64,000 bases of DNA from a virus (lineage: Duplodnaviria; Caudoviricetes), in the IMG/VR virus record IMGVR_UViG_3300020718_000009, positions 39,299 through 103,298 of that record. One strand, written 5' to 3'. Positions 48,933 to 56,899 of this stretch are shown in pieces (positions within the stretch are counted from its first letter, which is position 1; each line of letters starts with the position of its first letter). The notes under the pieces are model-generated. The model was not told the origin of the DNA and did no database searches. It saw only the letters and a list, made by a program, of their open reading frames with translations. A program made the position numbers and the translations under genes.

Positions 48933-49009
48933 TACACACAGTCCCGCACTATTGAACCCGACGACAATGGCGCGAAGCGCCTCCGCTCCAGACTACTGAA
49001 AGTACATAA

Positions 49010-49285
49010 ATGAAGACTCGTGAACACACTGACTCGCTGGGCAACGCCATACTTGTAGGACAACCCATAGCATTTACTCACTCTTATCTCAAAGGAGTTA
49101 AAATTGGAGTTGTGGTTAAACTAACTAAAGAGCGTGTTAAAATCCGCTATCGCTACGTTTGGCGAGATAAAGATGGTACAAACCATAAGGGTGAATATGA
49201 CACACTAATACAACCTAAGCGCACATTGGTATTGGCAGCGGCATTAGCACCCGCAGTTACCATGTATATGCTAAAGATGTCATAG
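49010..49285 (+). CDS. Hypothetical protein (SH3-like)
   Basis: DSLGN.I.VGQ.IAF. Confidence 0.65.
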   Translation: MKTREHTDSLGNAILVGQPIAFTHSYLKGVKIGVVVKLTKERVKIRYRYVWRDKDGTNHKGEYDTLIQPKRTLVLAAALAPAVTMYMLKMS

Positions 49286-49395
49286 TGTGACGCGTGTACT
49301 GATAACAGTCTTTTGGATACTAATAGTAATGTGTGTACCCTGGGGATTAGTATACTTTTTCATAGTGAGATCAATTCAAGTAACAGCAAAAAGAC

Positions 49396-49635
49396 ATGAT
49401 AACAATTGAATTAAACACTCGTCACAACCGTGTGGATATAGCTGAATACTGCCACGCTAATATTGGACCAAGACAGTACTGGCTACACAATCAAATAGGA
49501 GGGGAAAAGTGGCGTATATCAAGTGAAGTAAAACCCATAAACCCCGAGGTTAATTGGAAAATACAAAAGACTTATTGGTACTTGGAATTAAGCAATGAGC
49601 AAGATGCTGTTGGGTATATCCTAAAGTATATGTGA
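49396..49635 (+). CDS. Small DA-x2-(F/Y)-x-LK family protein
   Basis: C-terminus LSNEQDAVGYILKYM. Confidence 0.65.
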   Translation: MITIELNTRHNRVDIAEYCHANIGPRQYWLHNQIGGEKWRISSEVKPINPEVNWKIQKTYWYLELSNEQDAVGYILKYM

Positions 49636-50142
49636 AGTCTATATGCACAGGATTTAAAAAAATATGATCAAAAAAAAATTTGATCAGCCCTGTTTTATAT
49701 TAGTGAAAGTTTGAAACCCTGGGGGGTGTGGGGTAAAAAGCATTTTGCGGAGATTGACTTCGATACGTGGTCCGCTAAACCCCTAGGGTATTGTAGCTTT
49801 TCTTACCTACCCCCCGTCCTGAAAGTTTTCAACCCCTCCCCCCTGACTGCTACCGATTCGAGCTTCGACGTCTGCTCTAGCCCCTAAAAGATGTTAGTAA
49901 GCACTTACTTACACAGGGGGTTTTTACCCCTCGTCTAGCCCCCGGCAGAGTGTTGTATTTCCACAACGATAGTACACGGTTTGGCGCCTGGTCCCGGTTG
50001 ACTCTTTATTCTCGATGTGTTATACTGTAAGGTTCTCCTGGACGAGCCGCCCTGCCGCCTGGGTACCAATCCTGGATGTTTTGGTTGACTAGATAATCAC
50101 TAGGTTGTATACTGTATGTATATTAATTAACAAGGAGCCGTA
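49636..50142. other. Non-coding structured region with G/C tracts, palindromes and two promoters
   Basis: No ORF in the track; G6/C6 runs; AGTAAG-CA-CTTACT; operator 49952-49967; promoters 49998-50026 and 50085-50113. Confidence 0.6.
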
Positions 50143-50472
50143 ATGAAACTACAACAACAAGACCGCATTACATGGCATTCAGCCGCTGGCGTGCTGACCG
50201 GCACCATTGAGGCTATTGTATTAGCTGACAACGCCGCCGGACAAACTACACCCTGGATTGATGTGCGTGTAGAAGGCCGCGCTAACACCGTGCGCATTTG
50301 TGCTAATGACGGCTACTTACGGCAGATGCGTGTTGAGCTAGTGACTACTCGAGAAGACGGTTACGAAGACCTAGTAGAGCGTGTAAACATCATGACCGGC
50401 CTTAAGTATCAAGAGCCCCGCAACACTCCCGTGTTTATGTCGCCAGCTTGTGAATCTTACTGGAGTATGTAA
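50143..50472 (+). CDS. Early hypothetical protein
   Basis: Promoter + AAGGAG; C-terminal NTP.F.SP..ESYWSM. Confidence 0.8.
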   Translation: MKLQQQDRITWHSAAGVLTGTIEAIVLADNAAGQTTPWIDVRVEGRANTVRICANDGYLRQMRVELVTTREDGYEDLVERVNIMTGLKYQEPRNTPVFMSPACESYWSM

Positions 50473-50473
50473 T

Positions 50474-50638
50474 ATGATACTAGAACGTGTACGCTTAGAT
50501 TTAACCCCGGCTCAAGCAGAGTTAGTGCTAGCGAGCTTACGTGACGCACTAATGGCTCGTTACCAAGAGAACCGGGCGGACTCATCCGACAACTATCGAA
50601 TCCGCGCTGTAATCACTGATATCAAGGAGCAACTATAA
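50474..50638 (+). CDS. Small hypothetical protein
   Basis: GGAG RBS; MILERV. Confidence 0.65.
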   Translation: MILERVRLDLTPAQAELVLASLRDALMARYQENRADSSDNYRIRAVITDIKEQL

Positions 50639-50643
50639 TGGAT

Positions 50644-50711
50644 GTTGCAGAAATACAACAATATCAAACCCGGACCAAACGGTTGACATTTAATCCCGAA
50701 ACTGTTATACT
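50644..50711 (+). promoter_or_regulatory. Operator variant + sigma70 promoter
   Basis: GTTGC-N6-ACAAC 50644-50659; TTGACA-17-TATACT 50683-50711. Confidence 0.8.
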
Positions 50712-50735
50712 ATTAACATAGTAAAGGATAAAGAA

Positions 50736-50903
50736 ATGACAAAGACAACACTAACACTAACCCCTGAACAATCAAAGCTGTTAACCGCCGCGGTTAACGC
50801 TGAAATCATCAAGGGCGCAGGTACATTTTTAACCCCAATAGAAGTTATTGAATTGGGCCGTATATTAACGGTACTCAAATATAGTAATAAGGAGACTGTA
50901 TAA
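50736..50903 (+). CDS. 55-aa hypothetical protein (not in ORF track)
   Basis: AAGGA RBS behind promoter; MTKTTLTLTPEQ. Confidence 0.6.
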   Translation: MTKTTLTLTPEQSKLLTAAVNAEIIKGAGTFLTPIEVIELGRILTVLKYSNKETV

Positions 50904-51064
50904 TGAAACTAGAAACCGCCATTAAAACACTAATTAAAGAAGTTAACTTTCTAGGATACAAAAACCTGGGCGAGTTAGTGGAAGATATCGAGAAGTATCC
51001 ACTAGCTTATCCCCTGGCAGTAATGACAGCATTCCGTGTATACCGCGACGCGGCTTACATATAA
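50903..51064 (+). CDS. 53-aa hypothetical protein (not in ORF track)
   Basis: AAGGAG RBS; MKLETAIK. Confidence 0.65.
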   Translation: MKLETAIKTLIKEVNFLGYKNLGELVEDIEKYPLAYPLAVMTAFRVYRDAAYI

Positions 51065-51078
51065 AAAGGAGCACATTT

Positions 51079-51279
51079 ATGAACGCAAATGAACTATCTG
51101 ATGAATTAGCAAAAGTAATTGATGTCAGGCACTACGCTTCTGAAGTGTTGCGTAAAGAAATTATTACCATGCTACGCCAGCAACAGGTTGAAATAGAAGA
51201 ACTAAAAGAAAAAGATTTGAGAAAATCTATGGCTATTCGGTCTTTAAACACACAACTTAAAAAGGCTAATAAGAAATGA
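51079..51279 (+). CDS. Small coiled-coil protein (MNANEL...MLRQQQ family)
   Basis: AAGGAG RBS; paralogous to 51584. Confidence 0.7.
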   Translation: MNANELSDELAKVIDVRHYASEVLRKEIITMLRQQQVEIEELKEKDLRKSMAIRSLNTQLKKANKK

Positions 51280-51587
51280 GCTACCACGGAAAATTACAAG
51301 TATTAAAAAACGGTACAGCCGATGCAGAAATTCAATTGTGGGCTTATCAGCAAATAGAAACAATAGAATATTTGTACAAAAGGCATGACGAGCAACAAGC
51401 TGACCTTAAAGATGCTGATAAGTATGCGCTTGAACTTGAAAGACTTTACGAAGATGCCAAAGCTGAAATAGAAGCGTTGAAACAGGTACTACAGTCTATT
51501 GCCAACGAGCATGTTGAGCTTAGCCATGACAAGATTAAGTGGCAGTGCGATGACCATATTAGGTGGGCTAAGGAGGCGCTGAAATGA
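51276..51587 (+). CDS. Small coiled-coil protein
   Basis: ATGA-coupled; shares AEIEALK module. Confidence 0.7.
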   Translation: MSYHGKLQVLKNGTADAEIQLWAYQQIETIEYLYKRHDEQQADLKDADKYALELERLYEDAKAEIEALKQVLQSIANEHVELSHDKIKWQCDDHIRWAKEALK

Positions 51588-51784
51588 ACGCATATGAACT
51601 AGCAGACATAGTAGATCATTGGGCTTGGAGCGAAAGCGCAGAGTATTTAACTGATGCAGCCACCATGCTACGCCAGCAACAAGCTGAAATAGAAGCGTTG
51701 AAAGCCAAGCTAAAGCAATATCACTTAAAAGAAGATTTAGATAGAAACCTAAATTTAATTTATGGCAAGGAGTTTATTAAATGA
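51584..51784 (+). CDS. Small coiled-coil protein (MNAYEL...MLRQQQAEIEALK)
   Basis: ATGA-coupled; AGGAGG RBS. Confidence 0.7.
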   Translation: MNAYELADIVDHWAWSESAEYLTDAATMLRQQQAEIEALKAKLKQYHLKEDLDRNLNLIYGKEFIK

Positions 51785-52017
51785 ACAATGAACCAGTAGC
51801 GTGGATGTGTAAAGATGATGATGTTATTACAGATAAATTTAAGAAATCAGGTAAAGGTGGTGATTGTTCTGATTACAACATTCCACTCTACACCCACCCA
51901 GCAGACCGCATAGCTGAATTGGAACAAGCGTTAGAAAACATCATAGCTATTTCTGACAGAAAACATGACGCATGGGACAAGGCTAAAGAATTACTAAAGA
52001 AAGCGAGTGAGAAATGA
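51781..52017 (+). CDS. Small protein (EPVAW...PLYTHP family)
   Basis: ATGA-coupled; ends KKASEK. Confidence 0.7.
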   Translation: MNNEPVAWMCKDDDVITDKFKKSGKGGDCSDYNIPLYTHPADRIAELEQALENIIAISDRKHDAWDKAKELLKKASEK

Positions 52018-52103
52018 ACTTTATAAACTGGGTATTTGATGGCAGTTTTAAATGGTGGTTACTTGGTGCAGTTATTGTTTATATCATTGCTAGATTTAGT
52101 TAA
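52014..52103 (+). CDS. 29-aa single-TM peptide
   Basis: Starts at junction ATG; WWLLGAVIVYIIA. Confidence 0.55.
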   Translation: MNFINWVFDGSFKWWLLGAVIVYIIARFS

Positions 52104-52119
52104 GAAAGGCACAAGAGAA

Positions 52120-52281
52120 ATGAGTTCAATTATTCCAGCAAAAGAAGTAGCCAACAAAATTATGGAATGTTTAGAAGAATCTGTAGCAGATTTTCCTGAA
52201 GAAGAAAGGGAAGAAGCAAAGTGCAGAATATTAAATGCTTTTAGCGAGCAAATGTTTTGTGGAAAGGCACAAGAGAAATGA
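52120..52281 (+). CDS. 53-aa peptide
   Basis: Starts at junction ATG; ends GKAQEK. Confidence 0.6.
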   Translation: MSSIIPAKEVANKIMECLEESVADFPEEEREEAKCRILNAFSEQMFCGKAQEK

Positions 52282-52484
52282 GCCAAGAACCATGTAAAAA
52301 ATGCGGTGAATATCACAATAATTGCTATGAGTTAGCTGAACTAACAGATGAGGAAATACTACAAGCAAACCTAGAATTTGGTAAAGAGAATGGCGAAGAT
52401 TATTCAATGCTCACAATCGAAGATATAGAGCCTTTAATTGGTTTAGTTAAATTTATACTAAAGAAAGCGAGTGAGAAATCATGA
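52278..52484 (+). CDS. 68-aa peptide (CxxC; LTDEEI)
   Basis: Starts at junction ATG; ends KKASEKS. Confidence 0.6.
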   Translation: MSQEPCKKCGEYHNNCYELAELTDEEILQANLEFGKENGEDYSMLTIEDIEPLIGLVKFILKKASEKS

Positions 52485-52603
52485 AATTTATTGTTTGTTT
52501 AATCAGTTGGGTTTTAATTCCAGTAGCAATAGTTACTGTTGCCTATGAAGTGTCTAAGTGTTGGGTGGAATCAAGGCTTGATGGAAAGGCTAGTGAGAAA
52601 TGA
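52481..52603 (+). CDS. 40-aa single-TM peptide
   Basis: MKFIVCLISWVLIPVAIVTVAY; ends GKASEK. Confidence 0.55.
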   Translation: MKFIVCLISWVLIPVAIVTVAYEVSKCWVESRLDGKASEK

Positions 52604-52704
52604 ACAGCACATTTGTAGATTATTGTTTTGGGGCATGTTTGCTTATGGTTGGAATGGCTATGTTGATTATTTCTGTTAGTTTGGTCTGCGGTTTTGTTAA
52701 ATAA
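52600..52704 (+). CDS. 34-aa single-TM peptide
   Basis: MNSTFVDYCFGACLLMVGMAMLIISVSLVCGFVK. Confidence 0.55.
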   Translation: MNSTFVDYCFGACLLMVGMAMLIISVSLVCGFVK

Positions 52705-52719
52705 AAAGGCACAAGAGAA

Positions 52720-52821
52720 ATGAGCTTTATTGAATATTTACTTATTGTTATTTTGGTCATAGCCGCATTGCCAGTAATCGGAATGATTATTGCTAAATTT
52801 ATTGAAATGTTTGGTTATTAA
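52720..52821 (+). CDS. 33-aa single-TM peptide
   Basis: MSFIEYLLIVILVIAALPVIGMIIAKFIEMFGY. Confidence 0.55.
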   Translation: MSFIEYLLIVILVIAALPVIGMIIAKFIEMFGY

Positions 52822-52837
52822 GAAAGGCACAAGAGAA

Positions 52838-53053
52838 ATGAAAGAAGTTAAAATGCTATTAATGTCAATTATACTGTTAATGCCAATGGCGTTTGTCATA
52901 GCAGTATTTGTGCACATGGACAGAGAAATCCCTCAGCCAGCGGCGCAAGCGCAACCCCCAAGCGAGCGTGCCCCAGAATGGATAGTAAATGAACGTGGCC
53001 AACGCTGTATTCGTCAGCAAACGGGAGCAGACACAGTAGTTACTTGCGGGTAA
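52838..53053 (+). CDS. 71-aa membrane-anchored protein
   Basis: Starts at junction ATG; N-terminal TM; two C-terminal Cys. Confidence 0.6.
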   Translation: MKEVKMLLMSIILLMPMAFVIAVFVHMDREIPQPAAQAQPPSERAPEWIVNERGQRCIRQQTGADTVVTCG

Positions 53054-53434
53054 GCGGCGGCTAGTACAAGAAGTCGAGACGCTGCATGCACGAGGTTCGA
53101 CTCCGGCTGACAACGGTTAGACAACCCCTGAAGGCTGCTCTACGGTGGTAGAATGGTGGTGTGATCAAGATTTTTTGAAACGGAAGTGGACTCAAGGCTA
53201 TACTGCATGACTATGATTGCTATTTTTGAAGCCTTTCACCCCAACCCTGCCCAATCAAAATTCTACCCCATTTTACAAGCTTCGATTTCAACCATTTTGA
53301 CATTTTCTCCACACGAAAACATAATTCTGCCGGAATTATACTAACACCGGGGCCTTACAGTATAAAACACACCGAAATTCAACCCTATTTTTAACCAGTC
53401 AAAAATGCGTGTCCGGTCTGGTAACTCAAAGGCA

Positions 53435-53463
53435 TTGCGTGTCTCGCATAACGGTGTTATACT
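53435..53463 (+). promoter_or_regulatory. Probable sigma70 promoter
   Basis: TTGCGT-17-TATACT just before ATG 53470. Confidence 0.55.
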
Positions 53464-53469
53464 AGCACT

Positions 53470-53667
53470 ATGACAACTTTTGACTACTGTGTTAAATTTT
53501 CCCACTTTGATGTCCCCCAATGGACTAAGGCTGTAGCATATTGTCAAGAGTTAATCAGCAGCCGTCAATGTCGTATATACAGCAGTCGTACCAGTGTCAG
53601 TGAGGGATATCAACGAGAGTATTGTTTTGAGTTTCAGCACGGCCGTCATGCGCTAAAGTTCATGTAA
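53470..53667 (+). CDS. Small F-x-F...A-LK-F family protein
   Basis: YCFEFQHGRHALKFM. Confidence 0.6.
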   Translation: MTTFDYCVKFSHFDVPQWTKAVAYCQELISSRQCRIYSSRTSVSEGYQREYCFEFQHGRHALKFM

Positions 53668-53669
53668 CT

Positions 53670-53882
53670 ATGTCAATGAGTCAAGAACGTGTGCCAGTAG
53701 CTGTTCCAAAAGGCTCTAAGTCTTTGGCAGCTCGTGATTGGTGTTCGAGTAACTTGCGTTTATCTCAATGGCATCAATCTCGTAATAGTTATCACGGTAG
53801 TTTTACCCACGTTATATTTGAGTTTTATGATCCACATTATGATCCACACTTAGCCGCAGAGTTTGCGCTGAGATTTTGTTAA
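53670..53882 (+). CDS. Small F-x-F...A-x2-F-x-LR-F family protein
   Basis: WC...FEFYDPHYDPHLAAEFALRFC; 12-bp tandem duplication 53825-53848. Confidence 0.6.
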   Translation: MSMSQERVPVAVPKGSKSLAARDWCSSNLRLSQWHQSRNSYHGSFTHVIFEFYDPHYDPHLAAEFALRFC

Positions 53883-53886
53883 GGCT

Positions 53887-54078
53887 ATGATTTTTATGAA
53901 CCATTCAATTATTATACACAATGTCACTAACATGGATAAAAGTTATCGTGATATGAATTTATGGTGTGAAAAAAATATTAAAGGTTTACACGAAGTTTGG
54001 CAAGGTGTCAACAATGAAATGCATGTATACTTTAGCTCCAGTAAAGATGCTGCGTTTTTTGCCTTGAAATTTATGTGA
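53887..54078 (+). CDS. Small DA-x2-F-x-LK family protein
   Basis: WCEKNI...YFSSSKDAAFFALKFM. Confidence 0.65.
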   Translation: MIFMNHSIIIHNVTNMDKSYRDMNLWCEKNIKGLHEVWQGVNNEMHVYFSSSKDAAFFALKFM

Positions 54079-54086
54079 TGTCTGGT

Positions 54087-54430
54087 GCGTTGCACTTCGT
54101 GCTTAGTCTCTTATTCTATAGGCCAGTATGACTCTTATCAGTATAACGGAACGATTGGGTAGTTTTTATCAGGATGAGTTATATCGTAGTGATTTAGCTT
54201 GTATACTGCGAGAATTGGTAGAGTTAGTGGGACCTATAGATTATTCGACGCCACAAGTGTATCCCTTACTGGCTCGAGGGCAGGGATGGCGTGTTAAGTT
54301 TGGTGTTCCCCAGGATCGACAGCAGCATTATGTGGAGATTGATTCAGATCGGATGGCGGTGTTTTATATGTTAAAATACGGTGGTGTAAGGATAGTGGAA
54401 TAATGCGTCATGAGCGTTGCACTTCGTGCT
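54087..54430. repeat. 17-bp intergenic direct repeat GCGTTGCACTTCGTGCT (54087-54103, 54414-54430)
   Basis: Exact copies flanking ORF 54128-54403, each followed by ATTCTAT. Confidence 0.85.
54128..54403 (+). CDS. Small family protein
   Basis: G.GW...VEIDSDRMAVFYMLKYG. Confidence 0.65.
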   Translation: MTLISITERLGSFYQDELYRSDLACILRELVELVGPIDYSTPQVYPLLARGQGWRVKFGVPQDRQQHYVEIDSDRMAVFYMLKYGGVRIVE

Positions 54431-54457
54431 GTTTCTTTAATTCTATGGGGATGATTT

Positions 54458-54721
54458 GTGGATAATCAGCGTGAATATTGGCGGCAGGATAATCGTCGGG
54501 TCGAGCAAGAAATCGCGTGGGGAATACACTTAGAATCACTGGTCAGTCAGGGCGCATGGCACAAATATACACTATCACGCTATATGGATAACCACCATGC
54601 TATAGATATTCGTTCTTGGGTTGAAGCTAATTGTCGGGGTCGTACTGAGCAAAATTATCGTTCTTGGTACTTTGAGCTGGCGGAAGACGCTGTATTGTTT
54701 ACGTTAAAATGGGCGGGTTAG
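54458..54721 (+). CDS. Small DA-x2-F-x-LK-W family protein
   Basis: WVEANC...WYFELAEDAVLFTLKW. Confidence 0.65.
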   Translation: MDNQREYWRQDNRRVEQEIAWGIHLESLVSQGAWHKYTLSRYMDNHHAIDIRSWVEANCRGRTEQNYRSWYFELAEDAVLFTLKWAG

Positions 54722-54733
54722 ATAAGTAATAGT

Positions 54734-54970
54734 ATGGATGAAACTTGGGAAGATTATTCGCTTAGTGTTATGAGGATGGAGTTGGGTCGTGCGCTGATTA
54801 AATTAAGTCGTAGCAACGATGTCAAGCAGGAGTTGGCAGTAATGAGTCAGCGTATAGTAAATAAATTAAATAATCGTGTATTTTCAGCTATTAAATCAGT
54901 TGAAAACACATATAACAGCCAAGAATCTCAAGCATCATATCGTCATAACTATCAGGATCGTTGGAAATGA
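54734..54970 (+). CDS. Hypothetical protein
   Basis: ATAAGTA box at 54722; overlaps next start. Confidence 0.55.
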   Translation: MDETWEDYSLSVMRMELGRALIKLSRSNDVKQELAVMSQRIVNKLNNRVFSAIKSVENTYNSQESQASYRHNYQDRWK

Positions 54971-55491
54971 GTTTACGAGAATTAACTGGGGCGCAACACA
55001 AGCTGGCGGAATCTACACCATTTATGACAGCAGTATTTCGTGGTAATTTACCCTTGAAAGCATGGTCGAATTTTGTCTATGATAAATCATTATTTTATCC
55101 TGTAATAGAAGCCAAAGCTCGTACACTGGGCATATTGGAAGATTTACAGGGAATTGAACGCAGTCGAGAATTGCTGGTAGATTTCCAAGAATTATCCAAC
55201 ACAGAATATTCATATAATTATAGTTCAGCGGCCCAGGCCTATTACGAATACTTATTGGGATTAACATATCACGATGACGTGCTGGCTCACTTGTATGTTT
55301 GGCACATGGGCGATTTATATGGTGGGCAAATGATTAAAAAATTAATTCCCGGCAGACATTATAGTTTAGAATTTGCCAATCCCGAAGAATTAAAAACTAA
55401 TTTACGCAATAAATTGAGTGACAGCATGGCCAGTGAAGCTAATTTAGCATTTAGTTGGGCAATTCGTATATTAAATGAATATTCAGTATGA
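54967..55491 (+). CDS. Heme oxygenase
   Basis: LRELT...H..AE (proximal His); LAHLYVWHMGDLYGGQMI; EANLAF. Confidence 0.88.
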   Translation: MSLRELTGAQHKLAESTPFMTAVFRGNLPLKAWSNFVYDKSLFYPVIEAKARTLGILEDLQGIERSRELLVDFQELSNTEYSYNYSSAAQAYYEYLLGLTYHDDVLAHLYVWHMGDLYGGQMIKKLIPGRHYSLEFANPEELKTNLRNKLSDSMASEANLAFSWAIRILNEYSV

Positions 55492-55919
55492 AAATAAAAG
55501 AATTAAAAGACGTAATTTATTTTGCTTATGGGCATAATTCAAATTCTCATGTAATGATGGATCGTTGTCCCACAGCTGAATATATGGGTTTGGGAATATT
55601 AAAGAATTTTGAATTGCGTATCCATCATTATGCTGACATTGAATATCATTTGGGCTCAGAAGTCGTGGGAGTATTATGGCGTATTGACCACGATGATTTA
55701 TCGGTATTAGATTATGATGAGGGTTTACATAAAGATTACGATAGAATTCGTGTGGAAGTTGTAAATGAATCTGGAAAAATTGTTCCTTGTTATGCTTATA
55801 TTATGGATCCCGAACATGAGGTTTTTAAACACAAAGAAAAATCATATATTCTCAGCGTTGCTAGGGGATATCTGGAACACGGAATTCCCATTGAGCAATT
55901 AAAATCCGCATTAAATTAA
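55488..55919 (+). CDS. Gamma-glutamylcyclotransferase (AIG2-like)
   Basis: YFAYG.N; V.GVLW.I; LD.DEG; Y.R. Confidence 0.8.
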   Translation: MKIKELKDVIYFAYGHNSNSHVMMDRCPTAEYMGLGILKNFELRIHHYADIEYHLGSEVVGVLWRIDHDDLSVLDYDEGLHKDYDRIRVEVVNESGKIVPCYAYIMDPEHEVFKHKEKSYILSVARGYLEHGIPIEQLKSALN

Positions 55920-55923
55920 ATTG

Positions 55924-55952
55924 TTGACTAATACCATTTAATTTAGTATAAT
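55924..55952 (+). promoter_or_regulatory. sigma70 promoter
   Basis: TTGACT-17-TATAAT. Confidence 0.75.
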
Positions 55953-55957
55953 TTAAT

Positions 55958-56899
55958 ATGGATAAAATCAAACGAGTTAACGACGATTTGGAATTAATTA
56001 CCATTGATGACATCGTTAATCATAAAAGAATTACCGACCAAGAATTAAATATTGAATTAAATCAATTAAATCGTTTTAAAGGTACAGAAAACGAAAATAA
56101 TTTCTGGGGAAATAGATTTCTTTATCATTTCCAATTTGCGAATTTATTACATTGTACTAGATTACGTTCAGGCGCGCCCCGTGAAACAATATATGAAATA
56201 TGGGCAGATCCCGTAAAAAGAGCTCATTTAATTGACCAAACTCGTAAACGCAATCGCGGGGGTCGAGTTCCTGCTAATAATGTATTTGAAGCATATAGAA
56301 TTAATACTGGTTCTATTGTTATGTTTAAATCAACTACAGCAAAATACTTATATAAGAAATATAATGCCAAAAGTGTGCTAGATCCCACAGCTGGTTGGGG
56401 CGGCCGTATGTTGGGTGCTTGGTCGCTGGGCATAGATTATACGGGAATTGATACTAATATAGAAATGAAGCCAGCTTACGATGAAATGCTGGATTTTCTC
56501 GAGAATAAAACATATTATGGCAATGAATTATTCGCCATGGTTAATACATCACGATTGAATATGATATGGGATTCCTGTTTAAATGTAGATTTCAGTAAAA
56601 TTGATTATGATTTTGTACTAACTTCTCCACCTTATATCAATATGGAATTATATCGTAAAATGGAATTTTGGTCTTCGGATAAACAATTTTATTTGGAATT
56701 CTTTATTCCATTATGGGCAAAATGTGTCAAACACATTAAACGGGGTGGGCATGTGGCTTTTAATATAAGTCCCAAAATGTATGATGATGCCGTTAAATGG
56801 GGATTAACTCCCTGTGACACAGAAGAGGAATTATTACAGCAATTGGGCCAAGCAAAGGGTCGTAAACGCAAAGATAAAATATATATTTGGAATTGTTAA
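55958..56899 (+). CDS. Amino (N4-C/N6-A) DNA methyltransferase
   Basis: VLDPTAGWGGR (motif I), YTGID and TSPPY (motif IV). Confidence 0.85.
   Translation: MDKIKRVNDDLELITIDDIVNHKRITDQELNIELNQLNRFKGTENENNFWGNRFLYHFQFANLLHCTRLRSGAPRETIYEIWADPVKRAHLIDQTRKRNRGGRVPANNVFEAYRINTGSIVMFKSTTAKYLYKKYNAKSVLDPTAGWGGRMLGAWSLGIDYTGIDTNIEMKPAYDEMLDFLENKTYYGNELFAMVNTSRLNMIWDSCLNVDFSKIDYDFVLTSPPYINMELYRKMEFWSSDKQFYLEFFIPLWAKCVKHIKRGGHVAFNISPKMYDDAVKWGLTPCDTEEELLQQLGQAKGRKRKDKIYIWNC

Larger units (their letters stand above)
51994..52841 (+). repeat. Array of gene-junction repeats (AAAGGCACAAGAGAAATGA and variants)
   Basis: Exact 19-mer at 52105, 52263, 52705, 52823; CTAAAGAAAGCGAGTGAGAAAT at 51994 and 52458; hybrid at 52585. 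Confidence 0.9.

Noticed and set aside
52036-52281. ORF-track starts at 52036, 52257 and 52790
   Set aside because: These extensions run through upstream micro-genes; the junction ATGs (52120, 52278, 52838) fit the repeated coupling pattern
51994-52841. Junction repeats as a CRISPR array
   Set aside because: Repeat spacing is 106-203 bp and variable, the intervening DNA is protein-coding, repeats are short and non-palindromic, and no cas genes are present
53054-53110. tRNA gene
   Set aside because: T-loop-like GGTTCGACTCC is present, but the T-stem, acceptor stem and anticodon arm do not pair
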